A stretch of DNA of 64,000 bases. It comes from a virus. Its lineage: Duplodnaviria; Caudoviricetes. Below the pieces are notes generated by a model. The model had not been told where the DNA came from. It saw only the letters and a list, made by a program, of their open reading frames with translations, and made no database searches. Shown one piece after another: positions 35,889-46,118 of the stretch (positions are counted from its first letter, which is position 1; the number at the start of each line of letters is the position of its first letter). Where the stretch lies: the IMG/VR virus record IMGVR_UViG_3300043429_000212, positions 1,081-65,080 of that record. One strand, 5' to 3'. A program made the position numbers and the translations under genes.

Positions 35889-36392
35889 TTACCTCAAGAA
35901 CAGCGCACGCTCATCTCTGCGCCGCTTGACAAGACCCGGGAGTTCCTTGCCGCCAGCCTTGGTCCATTGCATGAACGCATCTGCGGCACCTTCGATGTCA
36001 TCACGGTTTGCCTTCATGCGGATCTGGCTGCGTTGAAGATTCCCTAGCCCTGCGTTGTACGCAAAAGAGACCAGAGCGTCGAAGCGCCCTTGATGACCAG
36101 CACAGCCGGGAACCAGACGAAGAACACCTCGTTCAAAAGCAGCGATGTCCACCTCGAATAGTCTCTCGATCTCTTCCTTGGACCAGACACGGTTGTGTTC
36201 TGGACGGAGAGGATAGTCCTTTCTGATGAACCCGGCATATCCATCCTTGCGAGTCATAGGCAGACGGATTTGGTCCTGATACAGGACATGTCCGTACCCA
36301 ATAGTCCAGATGTGCGCAGGGCACAAGTAGGGCTTTGTCCTGTAGCCCTCATACCTGTGCATCAAAGCGGCGCCCTCTGGACTCAGCTTCAC
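35889..36392 (-). CDS. endolysin, GH24 lysozyme
   Basis: EG..PYLCPAHIWTIGYGH, FDALVSFAYNAG, GLVKRRRDE. Confidence 0.92.
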   Translation of the reverse strand: MKLSPEGAALMHRYEGYRTKPYLCPAHIWTIGYGHVLYQDQIRLPMTRKDGYAGFIRKDYPLRPEHNRVWSKEEIERLFEVDIAAFERGVLRLVPGCAGHQGRFDALVSFAYNAGLGNLQRSQIRMKANRDDIEGAADAFMQWTKAGGKELPGLVKRRRDERALFLR

Positions 36393-36892
36393 TTCTTGCT
36401 CCACTGCCTGCTGCCAAACCAGAACCCGATGATCCCGCCCAGCATGGCCATCTCATCTTCACTGAAGATGATCGCGGTAACACGGATCAGATCATCCACC
36501 GACAGGATCAGGCCCGGGTGCTTCCAGACGTACAGCGTCAGCGCAGCGTTGATCAGCACCAACTCGATGATGAAAATATAGGTCACCGTCGGGCGCACCG
36601 TGCCGACATAGTTTGCCACCCAGCGGCTGGCTTTCTCCAGCACCTTCTCATCGTGCCTGAGCGCGGCCTCGGTCATCTGCGCCTCAGTCTGCATCGCAAC
36701 TTGCTCGACGCGGATCTCCTCCATCTTGGCCTGGGAAGCGTACCCCTGGGCCGCAAGCTGGAGTTCACGCTCGGTCTGAAGCCGCGCCAGGGCAATCTCG
36801 TGCTTCTGATCGGACTTGTTCTGGAAGAACTCCAGCAGCTTTGGGAGACCGCTGATCAGCAGACCACCGAGGGTAGACAGAAGCGACAGCAT
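36389..36892 (-). CDS. holin-like membrane protein
   Basis: Several TM segments, VRPTVTY, IIGFWFGSR; adjacent to the endolysin. Confidence 0.7.
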   Translation of the reverse strand: MLSLLSTLGGLLISGLPKLLEFFQNKSDQKHEIALARLQTERELQLAAQGYASQAKMEEIRVEQVAMQTEAQMTEAALRHDEKVLEKASRWVANYVGTVRPTVTYIFIIELVLINAALTLYVWKHPGLILSVDDLIRVTAIIFSEDEMAMLGGIIGFWFGSRQWSKK

Positions 36893-37167
36893 TACTTGGT
36901 CCCCTTCACAAACTTCTCGCGCTCCTCAAGGAGCTTGACCTTGACCTGGAGGTCATTGATGTGGAGCATCAACTGCTCTTTCATAATGGCCCTGCGCTCG
37001 GCAGAAAGCGGGCTGTCGGTAGGAATCCCTTCCTTGGTGATCAAGGCGGGCATGTGCCCTTCGATCTTGGTCAGACGTTCGGAAAAGGAGTTGACCTGCC
37101 CCAGCAGCCATGCGAGGCACATGACGACGATGGGGATGACTGCTTTGAGAACGTCTGCCCAGGCCAT
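36892..37167 (-). CDS. small membrane protein of the lysis cluster
   Basis: N-terminal TM plus coiled coil. Confidence 0.55.
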   Translation of the reverse strand: MAWADVLKAVIPIVVMCLAWLLGQVNSFSERLTKIEGHMPALITKEGIPTDSPLSAERRAIMKEQLMLHINDLQVKVKLLEEREKFVKGTK

Positions 37168-37181
37168 GATGGCTCCTTAGC

Positions 37182-38096
37182 TCACGCTGTCCGTTTCCAC
37201 ATGTAAACGGTGATGTACGGCTGGTAGTTGGCGTTTGTACCGCTAGACCCCGCCGTGTTCACGCTGATGCCGGTCGTTGCGGTGGAGGAGGTTATGGTCG
37301 AACTGGTGCCGGCGCTGTTCGTTGAGTACAAAGACTGTGCGCTATTGCCAACCGCCGAAGTCGGGATAGTCGTCGTGTGCGAGTGCCCGGGATCAGTGAT
37401 CGTGTGCGTGTGGCTGACCACCACGGCGTCCGCAGAACCCCCAGTTTCTTCGGCTGTATCAAACAGGACGTTTGTGGAGTCGAAGCCAACAGGAACCCGC
37501 CCGGCACCGAATGCAACCCAAGTGCCAAACCCGAGCAACGTGCCAGGATTGGTTGCGTTGGTGGCGTTGATGTAGATAGACCCAACAGGATGCAACGCCT
37601 GTAGAGCGGCCTGTACAAAAGCGGTTGTAGCAAGCTGGGTTGTGTTCGTTCCAAAGCTCGCGGTTGCAGCCGTTGGCGTTCCCGATATATGACCAATAGT
37701 CTCTTCTACATCAGTGCCCGTCACCCGCAGGATCATGGACTTGCCCGCCGGGACAACAACTCCCGTGCCCCCTGCTGTGATGGTCACAGCATCGCTGGCG
37801 GTGTTCTTGACGAAATACAGCTTGTAGTTGTCAGTCGCCCCGGCAGGCACCGTCAATGAAGCGGGAGAGGCAAGCGTCCCGGTCAAGACAATGAACTGAT
37901 TCCGCGCCTCTGACGACACGCCGTTCGCAATGCTGCCGAGCGTGTTGGGACCGGCCACCGTGACGGCCTTGGTAACGACGCCCGTCATGGCCTGCTCCAC
38001 CATAGCGGTGAAGCCGTTGTTGATCGAGGTGCCCCACCCAGCATCACCCAGAGCAGGCTGGTTGAACTTCAGGAGGGAGGTGTAGGAAGAAGCCAT
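37182..38096 (-). CDS. tail fibre/collar protein
   Basis: TTQLATTAFV, HPVGSIYI..GTWVAFGAGRV, QPYITVYMWKRTA. Confidence 0.75.
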   Translation of the reverse strand: MASSYTSLLKFNQPALGDAGWGTSINNGFTAMVEQAMTGVVTKAVTVAGPNTLGSIANGVSSEARNQFIVLTGTLASPASLTVPAGATDNYKLYFVKNTASDAVTITAGGTGVVVPAGKSMILRVTGTDVEETIGHISGTPTAATASFGTNTTQLATTAFVQAALQALHPVGSIYINATNATNPGTLLGFGTWVAFGAGRVPVGFDSTNVLFDTAEETGGSADAVVVSHTHTITDPGHSHTTTIPTSAVGNSAQSLYSTNSAGTSSTITSSTATTGISVNTAGSSGTNANYQPYITVYMWKRTA

Positions 38097-38104
38097 GATG
38101 CCCC

Positions 38105-41100
38105 TCAAGTTTGGATTTCAACCCAGCCCGGGGACTGGGTATCGTTGATCTCGACCCAGGTCGTGGACGGCGCGGTCACAACATTCTGCCAGTTCGGGGT
38201 CTGGCTGTCATCTATTGGAGTCCAGAGGTAGTTGCCAGCCACAAGGTCCGTGATAGCTCCGGCGTCGCTGAACGAGACATTGAACGTGCCGCCCGCAGTG
38301 GGGGTATCCAATGCCTGGGCTGTGTCAGAGAAGCTCGCGCCAAAGATCGAACCTGCAACAACAAAAGCATCTGTCCCTGTGGCTGTATCTGAGAAAGATA
38401 CCGCGAATGAGCCGGTAGCGGAAATTGAATCTGCGCCGGTAGCCGTGTCAGAGAAGAACACTCCGAACGAACCACTGGCAGAGATCGCATCCGCGCCCGT
38501 AGCGGTTTCAGAAACAGATACACCGAACGAACCAGTAGCAGATACAGAATCAGATCCCGTGGCTGAGTCAGAGAACGCTACGCTGAAGGCAAAGCTCGAT
38601 GAAACAGCATCAGAGCCGGTTGCCGAGTCAGAGAAGGATGCGTTAAACGCAAAGCTCGATGAGATGGCGTCTGAGCCTGTAGCGGTGTCGCTGAAGGACA
38701 CGCTATACGTCGTGCCGCCCGCCGATTCAAACAGCCAGCCCAGTGACCCGTTGTTGGTCGAGTTTGCCCCGGCGTACCACGTTGTGGTCAGCGCATAGGC
38801 ACGTACACCCGTAATCGTCAGGTAGTCCGGCGAGGTCACCGTACCGGAGGTCAGGACCAGTGTTGCGGGTGAAGACGCAGATGTGCCCGTCAGCGTCAAT
38901 ACCCTACCAGCTTCACCAGCAGCGGTGAAACTACCAACCGTCTGCGTTGTGGTGCCAAGAGCAATGGTGGTGGCACCAGTGGCTTTGTAGGTGTTGGTGA
39001 TGTTGGCGAAGGCGTTGTTTCCGGTGATGGTCAACGTGCCTGCGCCGCCTTGGTTGAGGGTGATGCCGCTGTAGGAGGCGCTGCCGCCTGCGAAGGTCTT
39101 GGCAGATGCAGAGGTGAGGCTGATGGTGCCGGTGCCGGTGCCGGTGACGGCGAGTATTCCTGCGCTATTATTAAAGGCAGATGCCCCAGCCGCTGCAAGC
39201 GTGAAAGTACCTGTACCTAGCGCAAGTGTCTTTGGCAAAACACCAGACGCAGTAAATGATGAACTAGAAGAGCTAGTTAAAACATACCCATTAACATCCA
39301 ATGTCCCAGCAACCAGTGTAAGAGAGTCAGAAGTTGTCAGTGCGTCTTGTAATGTCACTGAACCAGAAGGGGAGTTGACGGAAAGAGCCTGCGTAAACGT
39401 CTTCCCCGCACTCGTAATTGTCTGACTACCACGCCCAGCAAAAGTCATCGCCCCCGTGCCCGTCAGCGTAGTGCCTGTGCCATTGATCCAATTTCCGTAA
39501 ATAAAAATGTTTTGGCTACAAGCCAGCGTCATCGTATTCGTCGTCCTAGCCGACATGTCGATGGTGCCGATGTTGTAATTCTGGTTGACGGTGACGGTGG
39601 CTCCGCTGTTCAACCCTGTAGCTTCAAAGAAGCATGTGTCTTGCGCCAGAGGGAAATTGTTGACCGCAGGGGAGCCACCACTGCTTGTTGCCCAGCCTGT
39701 TGCAGACCAGTTGCCCCCACCGGCAAGATTCCAATACTTGTTCGCCGCAGCCGTGAACGTGATGCCGCTATTGCCCTTGCAGTCCCCGATGCGCGTGCCT
39801 GTCGCTGGCGCTGCTGCACCGGCTATGGTGATGTCTCTGAAGTCAACGTCTGTCAAGGATACGGCAGCGGCTGTGATGGTGCGGGTGGTGCCGAGAGTGT
39901 CAGAGCGAACGAAGTGACGCATCGTGGCGTTAGTGCCTGCCGAGCAGGTAAGGGTGCCTGTGACGGTCTGATTGGCTGTGACGGCGATGTTCTTCAGACC
40001 AGCAGATATAAGGCCGGTGAAAGACAGGTTGTTGAAGCTGTTGGCGCCGTTGATAACGACGGTGCTTATGGAGGTGCTGGTGAAAGCGACGTTGTAGAAC
40101 GTTTTGCCATTACCGTCAAATGTTGGGCTTGCAGCCGTACAGTTTATTTGCGCCGTGCCAGCAACGACCGTCAAATTAGCCGCTTCTGTTTCAGCACTTC
40201 CGATGCCACTGAAAAACTGCAAACCGCCGGTCAAGTTAATCGTGCCAGAACCAAAATCTATGGTTCTACTGCTGGCGCCATTGCTAAAAATGCTACTCGT
40301 TGTCAGGTTATATGTACTAGCTTTAAATACCCCGTAGTCTACGTAAAAAGCACTTGCGCCGTTATCCAGCGCGCTGCCAAGCGTCCATTCAGAATCCATT
40401 CCATATATTTGGACATACCCTCCAAGGGTCACTCCGTTTGTCGTGATGGTTTTCCCGGTGGTGGAGCCAGACAGTATCAGTCCTCCTGTAAAAGTTCTTG
40501 TGAGCCCCGTTGCAGGGAAGGTCACATTGCCGTGGCAGATGAGGACAGAAGATCCGGCCAGAGTCACGTTGCCGCTCGCAGGACCAGCGATGGTGAGCGC
40601 GTTACAGCGACTGGTGGCGTTTACCGTCGATGTGTAGGCAGTGGCATTTGATGCACTATTGAAGATGACGTCGTCTAGGCTTGTCGGAAGCGCGGCCCCG
40701 CCACCACCTCCGGAGGAGGTAGACCAACGCGCAGTATCGTTCCAGTTGCCCGTGCCACCTACCCAGTAGAGCGTTCTGGCCGCAGGCGGGGCCGTGCGGT
40801 AGACCGGAGCCCCTGCCGTACCTGTGCTGTTGGCGCCAGCATAGAACTCGCCTGCACTGAACGTGCTGTTAAAGCCGATGCTACCCATTGCAAGGTAGTC
40901 AATACCTGACGTAGCGGCACCAACCAAGACGTGACTGGTTCCTGTGCCGGTCAGGGTGACGACATTACCAACCGTGCCCGTCACCGTCCACTTGCCGAAG
41001 GTCTGCGTTGTGGCGCCAAGGGCAATGGTATGAGCTACCGTTTTGGTCGAGGCAAGCTCGGTGAAGGTGTTGTTGCCCGTGATGGTGAGCGTGCTGGTGC

Positions 41101-43828
41101 CGGTGGTGCCGCCGATGGTGAGCTTGTTATAGGAAAGGCCCGCCCCCAAAAATGATCTTGAGCTTGTGCCGGTATTGGACAAAACAATGTTAGCGGTGCC
41201 TTTATAAAAGTTCAGACCAGTGGTAAAACAATCCCAAACATTTCCGGTTGACCCAGACAAGGTCCAGGTGCCTGAACCCATTTTGATAGTTTTGACACCA
41301 AAACCAAACGTCACAAATCCCACTGTGACGTTATACGTTAAGGCATCAAATGTCCCTGTAAAAAAAGTTAATGTGCGTGCAGCGATAAGTGTCAAGGCGT
41401 CAGCAAGCTGAACAGTTCCTGTAACACAATCAACGGTTATAGCACCGCTCCATGTATTCCCTGCGCTTGTGATTGTTTGCGTACCGCGTCCCGCGAATGT
41501 AGATATTCCGATTGTGCCTGGAGTGACCCCACTGCCCAGCAAAACGTTGCCGTGGATAAAAGGGCCTCCATTTGACCAGTCAATCGTGCAAGCAGAAGTG
41601 CGCGCTGACATATTCAGCGTACCAATGTTCCATGCTGCCTGCACCGTCACCGTCCCTACGCTGCCCGTGTTGTCAAACACAGCCGTGTCTTGCGCCAGCG
41701 GGAAGTTGTTGATGTCAGGCGTGCCGCCAGAAGACGGAGCCCAGGCTGTAGCAGACCAGTTCTGAGTGCCTGCGAGGTTCCAGTAGACGGTCTTGGCCGC
41801 AGGGAACGTGATGCCGCTGTTGCCGCCACAGTTGCCTGCGCGGGTCGGAGAAGAGCCCGCAGCAGCCCCTGCAATGGTGATGTCGCGGAAGTCGCAGTCT
41901 GTGGCGCTGAGCGTGCCTACGGTGAGAGTGCGGGTGGTGCCGAGCGTGTCAGAGCGGACGAAGACGCGACGGACGGCTGTGGCACCGGCGACGGTGAGGG
42001 TGCCGGTGATGGTGTCGTTACCCCCAAATACGAGCGTTGAAATGCCTGCAGCGGCAGGTGCCGTAACCGTCAAGTTATTAAACCCACCACCGTTTACTGG
42101 TCCTAAAACAGATACTGTAGTGATTGCCGTGCCGGTAAATGAAAGATTGTAAAGGAGCTTTGCTCCGGGGGTGATCGTTGCCGTGTTACTGGAGCAGTTT
42201 ATCTGGGAGGTGCCAGGATTGGTTGTAAGATTTAATGATTGCGTAAATACAATAGGTGTTGTTCCACTCAACGCCACCGTACTTGACCCCAATGTTATCG
42301 TCCTGACGTTACCGTTGGTGGACGACAGAGAGTCTGCGGTGACGTTGAAGTTCTTGGTGTCGAAGGTGCCGTTGGTGACGGTGAGGGTGTTGGAGCCAAT
42401 GTTCAGAGCGTCAGCAAGCTCGACGGAGCCGCCGTAGGAGTCAACGGTGATGCCGCCAGAGAACGTCTTACCCGCACTAGTAATTGTCTGCGTGTTGCGT
42501 CCAGAGAACGTTAGCGTTTGTGCTCCGCTCAGCGTTGTTCCTGAGCCATTGGTCCAGTTGCCGTAGATGGTGCAGCCCGGCGACAAACTCAGCGTCATCG
42601 CGTTTGTGCGCGTAGACATCGTAACCGCGCCTGTGTAGGCGATGACGTTGTCCATCGTCACCGTAGCCGACGTATTCAGCCCCGTGTTCTCGATGACAGC
42701 CGTGTCCTGCGCCAGCGGGAAGTTGTTCGTGCTGACAGCGCCGCCAGAGCTTGCAGCCCAGTTGTTGCCGCTCCAGTTCCCGCCAGCGGCTTGGTTCCAG
42801 TAGACGGTCTTGGGCGTGCTGAAGGTGATGCCTCTGCAGCCTCTCAAGTCGCCAACGCGCGTGCCGCTGATGGGCGCGGCTGTGCCGATGACGTAGATGT
42901 CTCGGAAGTCTGCGTCGGTCAGGCTGGGTGTGGCGTTGACGGTGAGGGTTTGGGCGATGCCGTAAGTGACGCCGCTGAACCAGACTCTGCGGTTGCCTGC
43001 TGTACCTGTGGTAGAAAGGGTGCCACTGATGGTTTGACGGGAATCAAAGGTAACTTGCACAACACCTTCCGAACTAATCGGCGCTGTGACTGAAAAATTG
43101 TTGTACGTGCTGGCGCCTCTAATGTTTATAAATTGCCCTCCGGTTCCCCCTGAAAAAACCACATTATAGAAAGTAACTCCTACTCCTCCCGCAGGGCCTG
43201 TATTAAAGTTGTAGTTGAAGCCCGCGGTCGTGGTTATCGTGGACGTGCCTGCATTAAATGTTAAATTTGAATTGGTACTGAAATTTACGCCTTGTCGCAG
43301 CGTTACCAAAGATGATCCAAGATTGATTGTACGAGTAACGGCGCCAGTAGAAGTCAATGTATTGGCCGTAACAGCATAGTTGTCAGTATTAAAAGTTCCG
43401 GCAGTAACTGAAAGCGCAGCGCTACTAGTTAGTGTCAAATCTCCCGCAAGTGTGACCGTAATGGTGGAATTGTTAATTGTCACAGGGCCAAGCGTCTTGC
43501 CAGCGCTGGTCAGAGTTCCTGTTCCCAAAAATGACAGCGTTCCTGTATATGTTACCGTCATCCCTGCCACAAGCGTGACACTACCGGATACGCTGATAGA
43601 AGCGGTTCCTGCCAATGTTCCCGTGAACCCTGTACAGGTGATGGACTGCGCCCCGGTATTGCCGAGAGAGATGGTGACGGTATTGGTCCCGGACAGTGCG
43701 GTAAAGAACACTGCATCAGCAGATGTAGGCACACTGGCCCCGCCTGCACCACCATCAGTGGTGGCCCACTTGGTTCCCGCATTGCCGTCCCAGGCTGCTG
43801 TACCGCCGACCCAGTACCTATCGGCCAT
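38105..43828 (-). CDS. giant repetitive tail fibre / adhesin-like protein (1907 aa)
   Basis: Thr/Gly-rich; five ~340-aa repeats starting YW..GG.W; C-terminal 20-aa repeats. Confidence 0.75.
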   Translation of the reverse strand: MADRYWVGGTAAWDGNAGTKWATTDGGAGGASVPTSADAVFFTALSGTNTVTISLGNTGAQSITCTGFTGTLAGTASISVSGSVTLVAGMTVTYTGTLSFLGTGTLTSAGKTLGPVTINNSTITVTLAGDLTLTSSAALSVTAGTFNTDNYAVTANTLTSTGAVTRTINLGSSLVTLRQGVNFSTNSNLTFNAGTSTITTTAGFNYNFNTGPAGGVGVTFYNVVFSGGTGGQFINIRGASTYNNFSVTAPISSEGVVQVTFDSRQTISGTLSTTGTAGNRRVWFSGVTYGIAQTLTVNATPSLTDADFRDIYVIGTAAPISGTRVGDLRGCRGITFSTPKTVYWNQAAGGNWSGNNWAASSGGAVSTNNFPLAQDTAVIENTGLNTSATVTMDNVIAYTGAVTMSTRTNAMTLSLSPGCTIYGNWTNGSGTTLSGAQTLTFSGRNTQTITSAGKTFSGGITVDSYGGSVELADALNIGSNTLTVTNGTFDTKNFNVTADSLSSTNGNVRTITLGSSTVALSGTTPIVFTQSLNLTTNPGTSQINCSSNTATITPGAKLLYNLSFTGTAITTVSVLGPVNGGGFNNLTVTAPAAAGISTLVFGGNDTITGTLTVAGATAVRRVFVRSDTLGTTRTLTVGTLSATDCDFRDITIAGAAAGSSPTRAGNCGGNSGITFPAAKTVYWNLAGTQNWSATAWAPSSGGTPDINNFPLAQDTAVFDNTGSVGTVTVQAAWNIGTLNMSARTSACTIDWSNGGPFIHGNVLLGSGVTPGTIGISTFAGRGTQTITSAGNTWSGAITVDCVTGTVQLADALTLIAARTLTFFTGTFDALTYNVTVGFVTFGFGVKTIKMGSGTWTLSGSTGNVWDCFTTGLNFYKGTANIVLSNTGTSSRSFLGAGLSYNKLTIGGTTGTSTLTITGNNTFTELASTKTVAHTIALGATTQTFGKWTVTGTVGNVVTLTGTGTSHVLVGAATSGIDYLAMGSIGFNSTFSAGEFYAGANSTGTAGAPVYRTAPPAARTLYWVGGTGNWNDTARWSTSSGGGGGAALPTSLDDVIFNSASNATAYTSTVNATSRCNALTIAGPASGNVTLAGSSVLICHGNVTFPATGLTRTFTGGLILSGSTTGKTITTNGVTLGGYVQIYGMDSEWTLGSALDNGASAFYVDYGVFKASTYNLTTSSIFSNGASSRTIDFGSGTINLTGGLQFFSGIGSAETEAANLTVVAGTAQINCTAASPTFDGNGKTFYNVAFTSTSISTVVINGANSFNNLSFTGLISAGLKNIAVTANQTVTGTLTCSAGTNATMRHFVRSDTLGTTRTITAAAVSLTDVDFRDITIAGAAAPATGTRIGDCKGNSGITFTAAANKYWNLAGGGNWSATGWATSSGGSPAVNNFPLAQDTCFFEATGLNSGATVTVNQNYNIGTIDMSARTTNTMTLACSQNIFIYGNWINGTGTTLTGTGAMTFAGRGSQTITSAGKTFTQALSVNSPSGSVTLQDALTTSDSLTLVAGTLDVNGYVLTSSSSSSFTASGVLPKTLALGTGTFTLAAAGASAFNNSAGILAVTGTGTGTISLTSASAKTFAGGSASYSGITLNQGGAGTLTITGNNAFANITNTYKATGATTIALGTTTQTVGSFTAAGEAGRVLTLTGTSASSPATLVLTSGTVTSPDYLTITGVRAYALTTTWYAGANSTNNGSLGWLFESAGGTTYSVSFSDTATGSDAISSSFAFNASFSDSATGSDAVSSSFAFSVAFSDSATGSDSVSATGSFGVSVSETATGADAISASGSFGVFFSDTATGADSISATGSFAVSFSDTATGTDAFVVAGSIFGASFSDTAQALDTPTAGGTFNVSFSDAGAITDLVAGNYLWTPIDDSQTPNWQNVVTAPSTTWVEINDTQSPGWVEIQT
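38250..38712 (-). repeat. 60-bp (20-aa) coding tandem repeat x8, SFSDTATGxD
   Basis: Visible in the translation and as a 60-nt periodicity. Confidence 0.85.
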
Positions 43829-43830
43829 GT

Positions 43831-44064
43831 TTACACCTTCACGTAGCGAACGCCGTTGATCTCGATGTATTCAGGCTCAGGCACAGGCTCCGGCGCAGGC
43901 TCGACTTCCACCGGAGGTGCTGTCACGATGGCGATCCAGTTGTCCCGCCGCTGTTCCTTCATCGCCTGGATCTCTTCGTCCGTGAAGGCGTGATCATCAG
44001 GCAGATGGAGAGCGTCTGCGAACTTGCCGTGAGGGGTCTCGAATTGGAAGTCGATTTTGATCAT
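43831..44064 (-). CDS. hypothetical protein of tail cluster
   Basis: FADALHLPDDH; TAAACATG junction with the fibre gene. Confidence 0.65.
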   Translation of the reverse strand: MIKIDFQFETPHGKFADALHLPDDHAFTDEEIQAMKEQRRDNWIAIVTAPPVEVEPAPEPVPEPEYIEINGVRYVKV

Positions 44065-44074
44065 GGCTTTAAAG

Positions 44075-44104
44075 CAAAACACCCGCCAAGACGGGTGTCT
44101 TTTT
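44075..44104. terminator. possible bidirectional intrinsic terminator
   Basis: ACACCCG-6-CGGGTGT flanked by AAAA and TTTTT. Confidence 0.5.
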
Positions 44105-44120
44105 GAAGAGTTACCGCAGA

Positions 44121-44639
44121 TCAGGCTGCATCAAGGCTGAAGGTGTAGGTGACGTTCAACGTGTCTCCATTGACAACAGATCGATCACCTGGGGCGGCAA
44201 AATCTGCGGCAGAGAACAAGGTGCCGGTAGTCCCGCCCTTGGTATTGTTGGAGGTCAGGAACGCCCCGCCGATGGTGGCCGAAGCGTTGATGTTGAACGC
44301 AGCAGGAGACGCGCTGTTCGTGATCACCGAAGGATCTGCCGTCGTGGCCGTACCAAAGGTGCAGGTAGGACGGTTGGCATTGCTATAGCCCGTCTGCTCC
44401 GTCCAACCAATGTGGCTGGACATCGTGTCGCCCGCAGCGGGGTTGTTGCTTGATGCAGCGCCATATAGGCCGATGTACCAAGTCGTGATCTGCGTGGCAG
44501 CAGAGAAGTACACCGCGTTCATGGACTGCAACCCCTGGTTCACCACGAGGTTGTGGGACTCAGCTTCCCACTTGAGATTGCCATCCTTGTCGATGCACTG
44601 GATCTTGAAGACGCCGCCAGCCTTAGACTTGTTCAGCAT
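44121..44639 (-). CDS. virion structural protein
   Basis: HNLVVNQG, GTLFSAADF, GDTLNVTY. Confidence 0.7.
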   Translation of the reverse strand: MLNKSKAGGVFKIQCIDKDGNLKWEAESHNLVVNQGLQSMNAVYFSAATQITTWYIGLYGAASSNNPAAGDTMSSHIGWTEQTGYSNANRPTCTFGTATTADPSVITNSASPAAFNINASATIGGAFLTSNNTKGGTTGTLFSAADFAAPGDRSVVNGDTLNVTYTFSLDAA

Positions 44640-44648
44640 GATGATTTC

Positions 44649-45065
44649 CTATGCGAAGCGCAACAGCGCTGTCGTGGCGGTTGCTGTTGGGAGTTGGATG
44701 GTGAATGTACCGGAGGCTGTTTTGTCAGCACCGAAGTCCAGCACAGCGATGGCGCGGTTGGCCTTGGTCTCGTTGTAGATCAAACCGCCCCGGCAGGTGA
44801 AAGATGCGTTGGCAAATACAGGGTTGTTGAACGTCACGTATGCAGTGGTGCCGGAGAGCAAGACTTGGACACCAGTGAGCGGGATCCCGCCCGGGAGGTA
44901 GCCTGCACCAACAACTTCGCCTGTTTGTGTGTAAACAGTCGTGGCTTGGCTGAGATTTGCTGATGCCGTATAAAGCGCCAGCTTGAGCGTGTCCACAGGA
45001 AGGTTGTGGATGCCTTGCCAAGACTCCTGTTTGAACGAGGAGCACATTCCCTGGAGGATAGGCAT
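44649..45065 (-). CDS. virion structural protein
   Basis: CSSFKQE, LKLALYT, GLIYN, VLDFGADKT. Confidence 0.7.
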   Translation of the reverse strand: MPILQGMCSSFKQESWQGIHNLPVDTLKLALYTASANLSQATTVYTQTGEVVGAGYLPGGIPLTGVQVLLSGTTAYVTFNNPVFANASFTCRGGLIYNETKANRAIAVLDFGADKTASGTFTIQLPTATATTALLRFA

Positions 45066-45719
45066 TTACTTCACCGGGTTCCTGACCTGACCGCTGCGGT
45101 AGGCGTCTTGACGGTTCTTGCCGTCGCCCAGGTTCTTCAGCAGCAGGATCGAATCGTTGAACTGGCTGGTGTACAACTGAACGATGTCCTGCTCAGCCTT
45201 CATAAACCGCGCCGCCTCCACCATGACAGCGTTAAACAGGACACTGTCAAAGTTGTCGCCCAGCCACGTAGTACCCGCCGTGACGATGCTCTGCGGGTAG
45301 TAGAAGTAGTGCAGTTCTGCGGTAAGACCTGCAGACGGTGTCGGACCCAGGATGAACGTCAACTCCGTTGGCACGTTGTATACCGGGCCAAACAGAGCGT
45401 AGTACTTGGGCACACCTTGCGTCGTGGGGTTTGGATACGACTCTCTGATGAAGTTCACATCCTTGTTCAGGAGGTATGTGTAATCTCCACCAGCAGTGGG
45501 AAACACCGCCAAACTGAAGACCGACAAGAAGTCCGTAGGCGTGGTCAGATACTGATTGCCCTGACTCAACGTCCCCGTGACGTTCTTGCGTAGCGCTGGA
45601 AGCTGTACCGTGTTGTAGATCTTCTGCTCCGCCAGATCCGTCATCGTGGCGAAGTCAGTCGCCGAGAACGTGTTCTCGACGTAATCCTCAACAGCGGCCT
45701 TCAGTTGGGTGTAGTTCAC
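45066..45719 (-). CDS. head-tail adaptor-like protein
   Basis: MNYTQLK, AEQKIY, GVPKYYA, GPTP. Confidence 0.7.
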   Translation of the reverse strand: MNYTQLKAAVEDYVENTFSATDFATMTDLAEQKIYNTVQLPALRKNVTGTLSQGNQYLTTPTDFLSVFSLAVFPTAGGDYTYLLNKDVNFIRESYPNPTTQGVPKYYALFGPVYNVPTELTFILGPTPSAGLTAELHYFYYPQSIVTAGTTWLGDNFDSVLFNAVMVEAARFMKAEQDIVQLYTSQFNDSILLLKNLGDGKNRQDAYRSGQVRNPVK

Positions 45720-45892
45720 GCCATCGGTCCCCGGGCCATAGTGCCCTTGGTGGCTGCACCAGTCCCACGGATCTTGATCCCCGAGGTCTTGGCCGGGGGC
45801 GTCGCAGCGGAAGCAATGTTGCCCACCACCATGCGCGGCATGGGCGCATCAGCGTTCACGACCGGAGTCGGAACAGGCTTGGCCTTCATCAT
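45716..45892 (-). CDS. 58-aa basic protein (not in the ORF track)
   Basis: KTSGIKIRGTGAATKGTMARGPMA; coupled to the next gene. Confidence 0.65.
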   Translation of the reverse strand: MMKAKPVPTPVVNADAPMPRMVVGNIASAATPPAKTSGIKIRGTGAATKGTMARGPMA

Positions 45893-45893
45893 G

Positions 45894-46067
45894 TCACTTC
45901 CCCTTGCGCCCGACCGGGCCTTGGTTCGCCACGCGGGCCATGTTGCGGCCCATCTTCTGGGACATCTTGGTGGTCACACCACCCTTGGCGAGCTTGGCGC
46001 CAGGACCATGCGCCGCACTGGCGGGCTTCTTGGCATGTGCCCGGAGGGCCTGCATTGCGTTTTTCAT
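45894..46067 (-). CDS. 57-aa basic protein (not in the ORF track)
   Basis: RBS AAGGAG; KLAKGGVT..MGRNMARVANQ. Confidence 0.65.
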   Translation of the reverse strand: MKNAMQALRAHAKKPASAAHGPGAKLAKGGVTTKMSQKMGRNMARVANQGPVGRKGK

Positions 46068-46118
46068 GTCGAACTCCTTCGGGCTGTGCCCATCTGAATG
46101 ATACCGTTGACCGGCGGG

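Noticed and set aside
38105-43828. Diversity-generating retroelement target
   Set aside because: No reverse transcriptase, and no repeat pair differing only at adenines was seen
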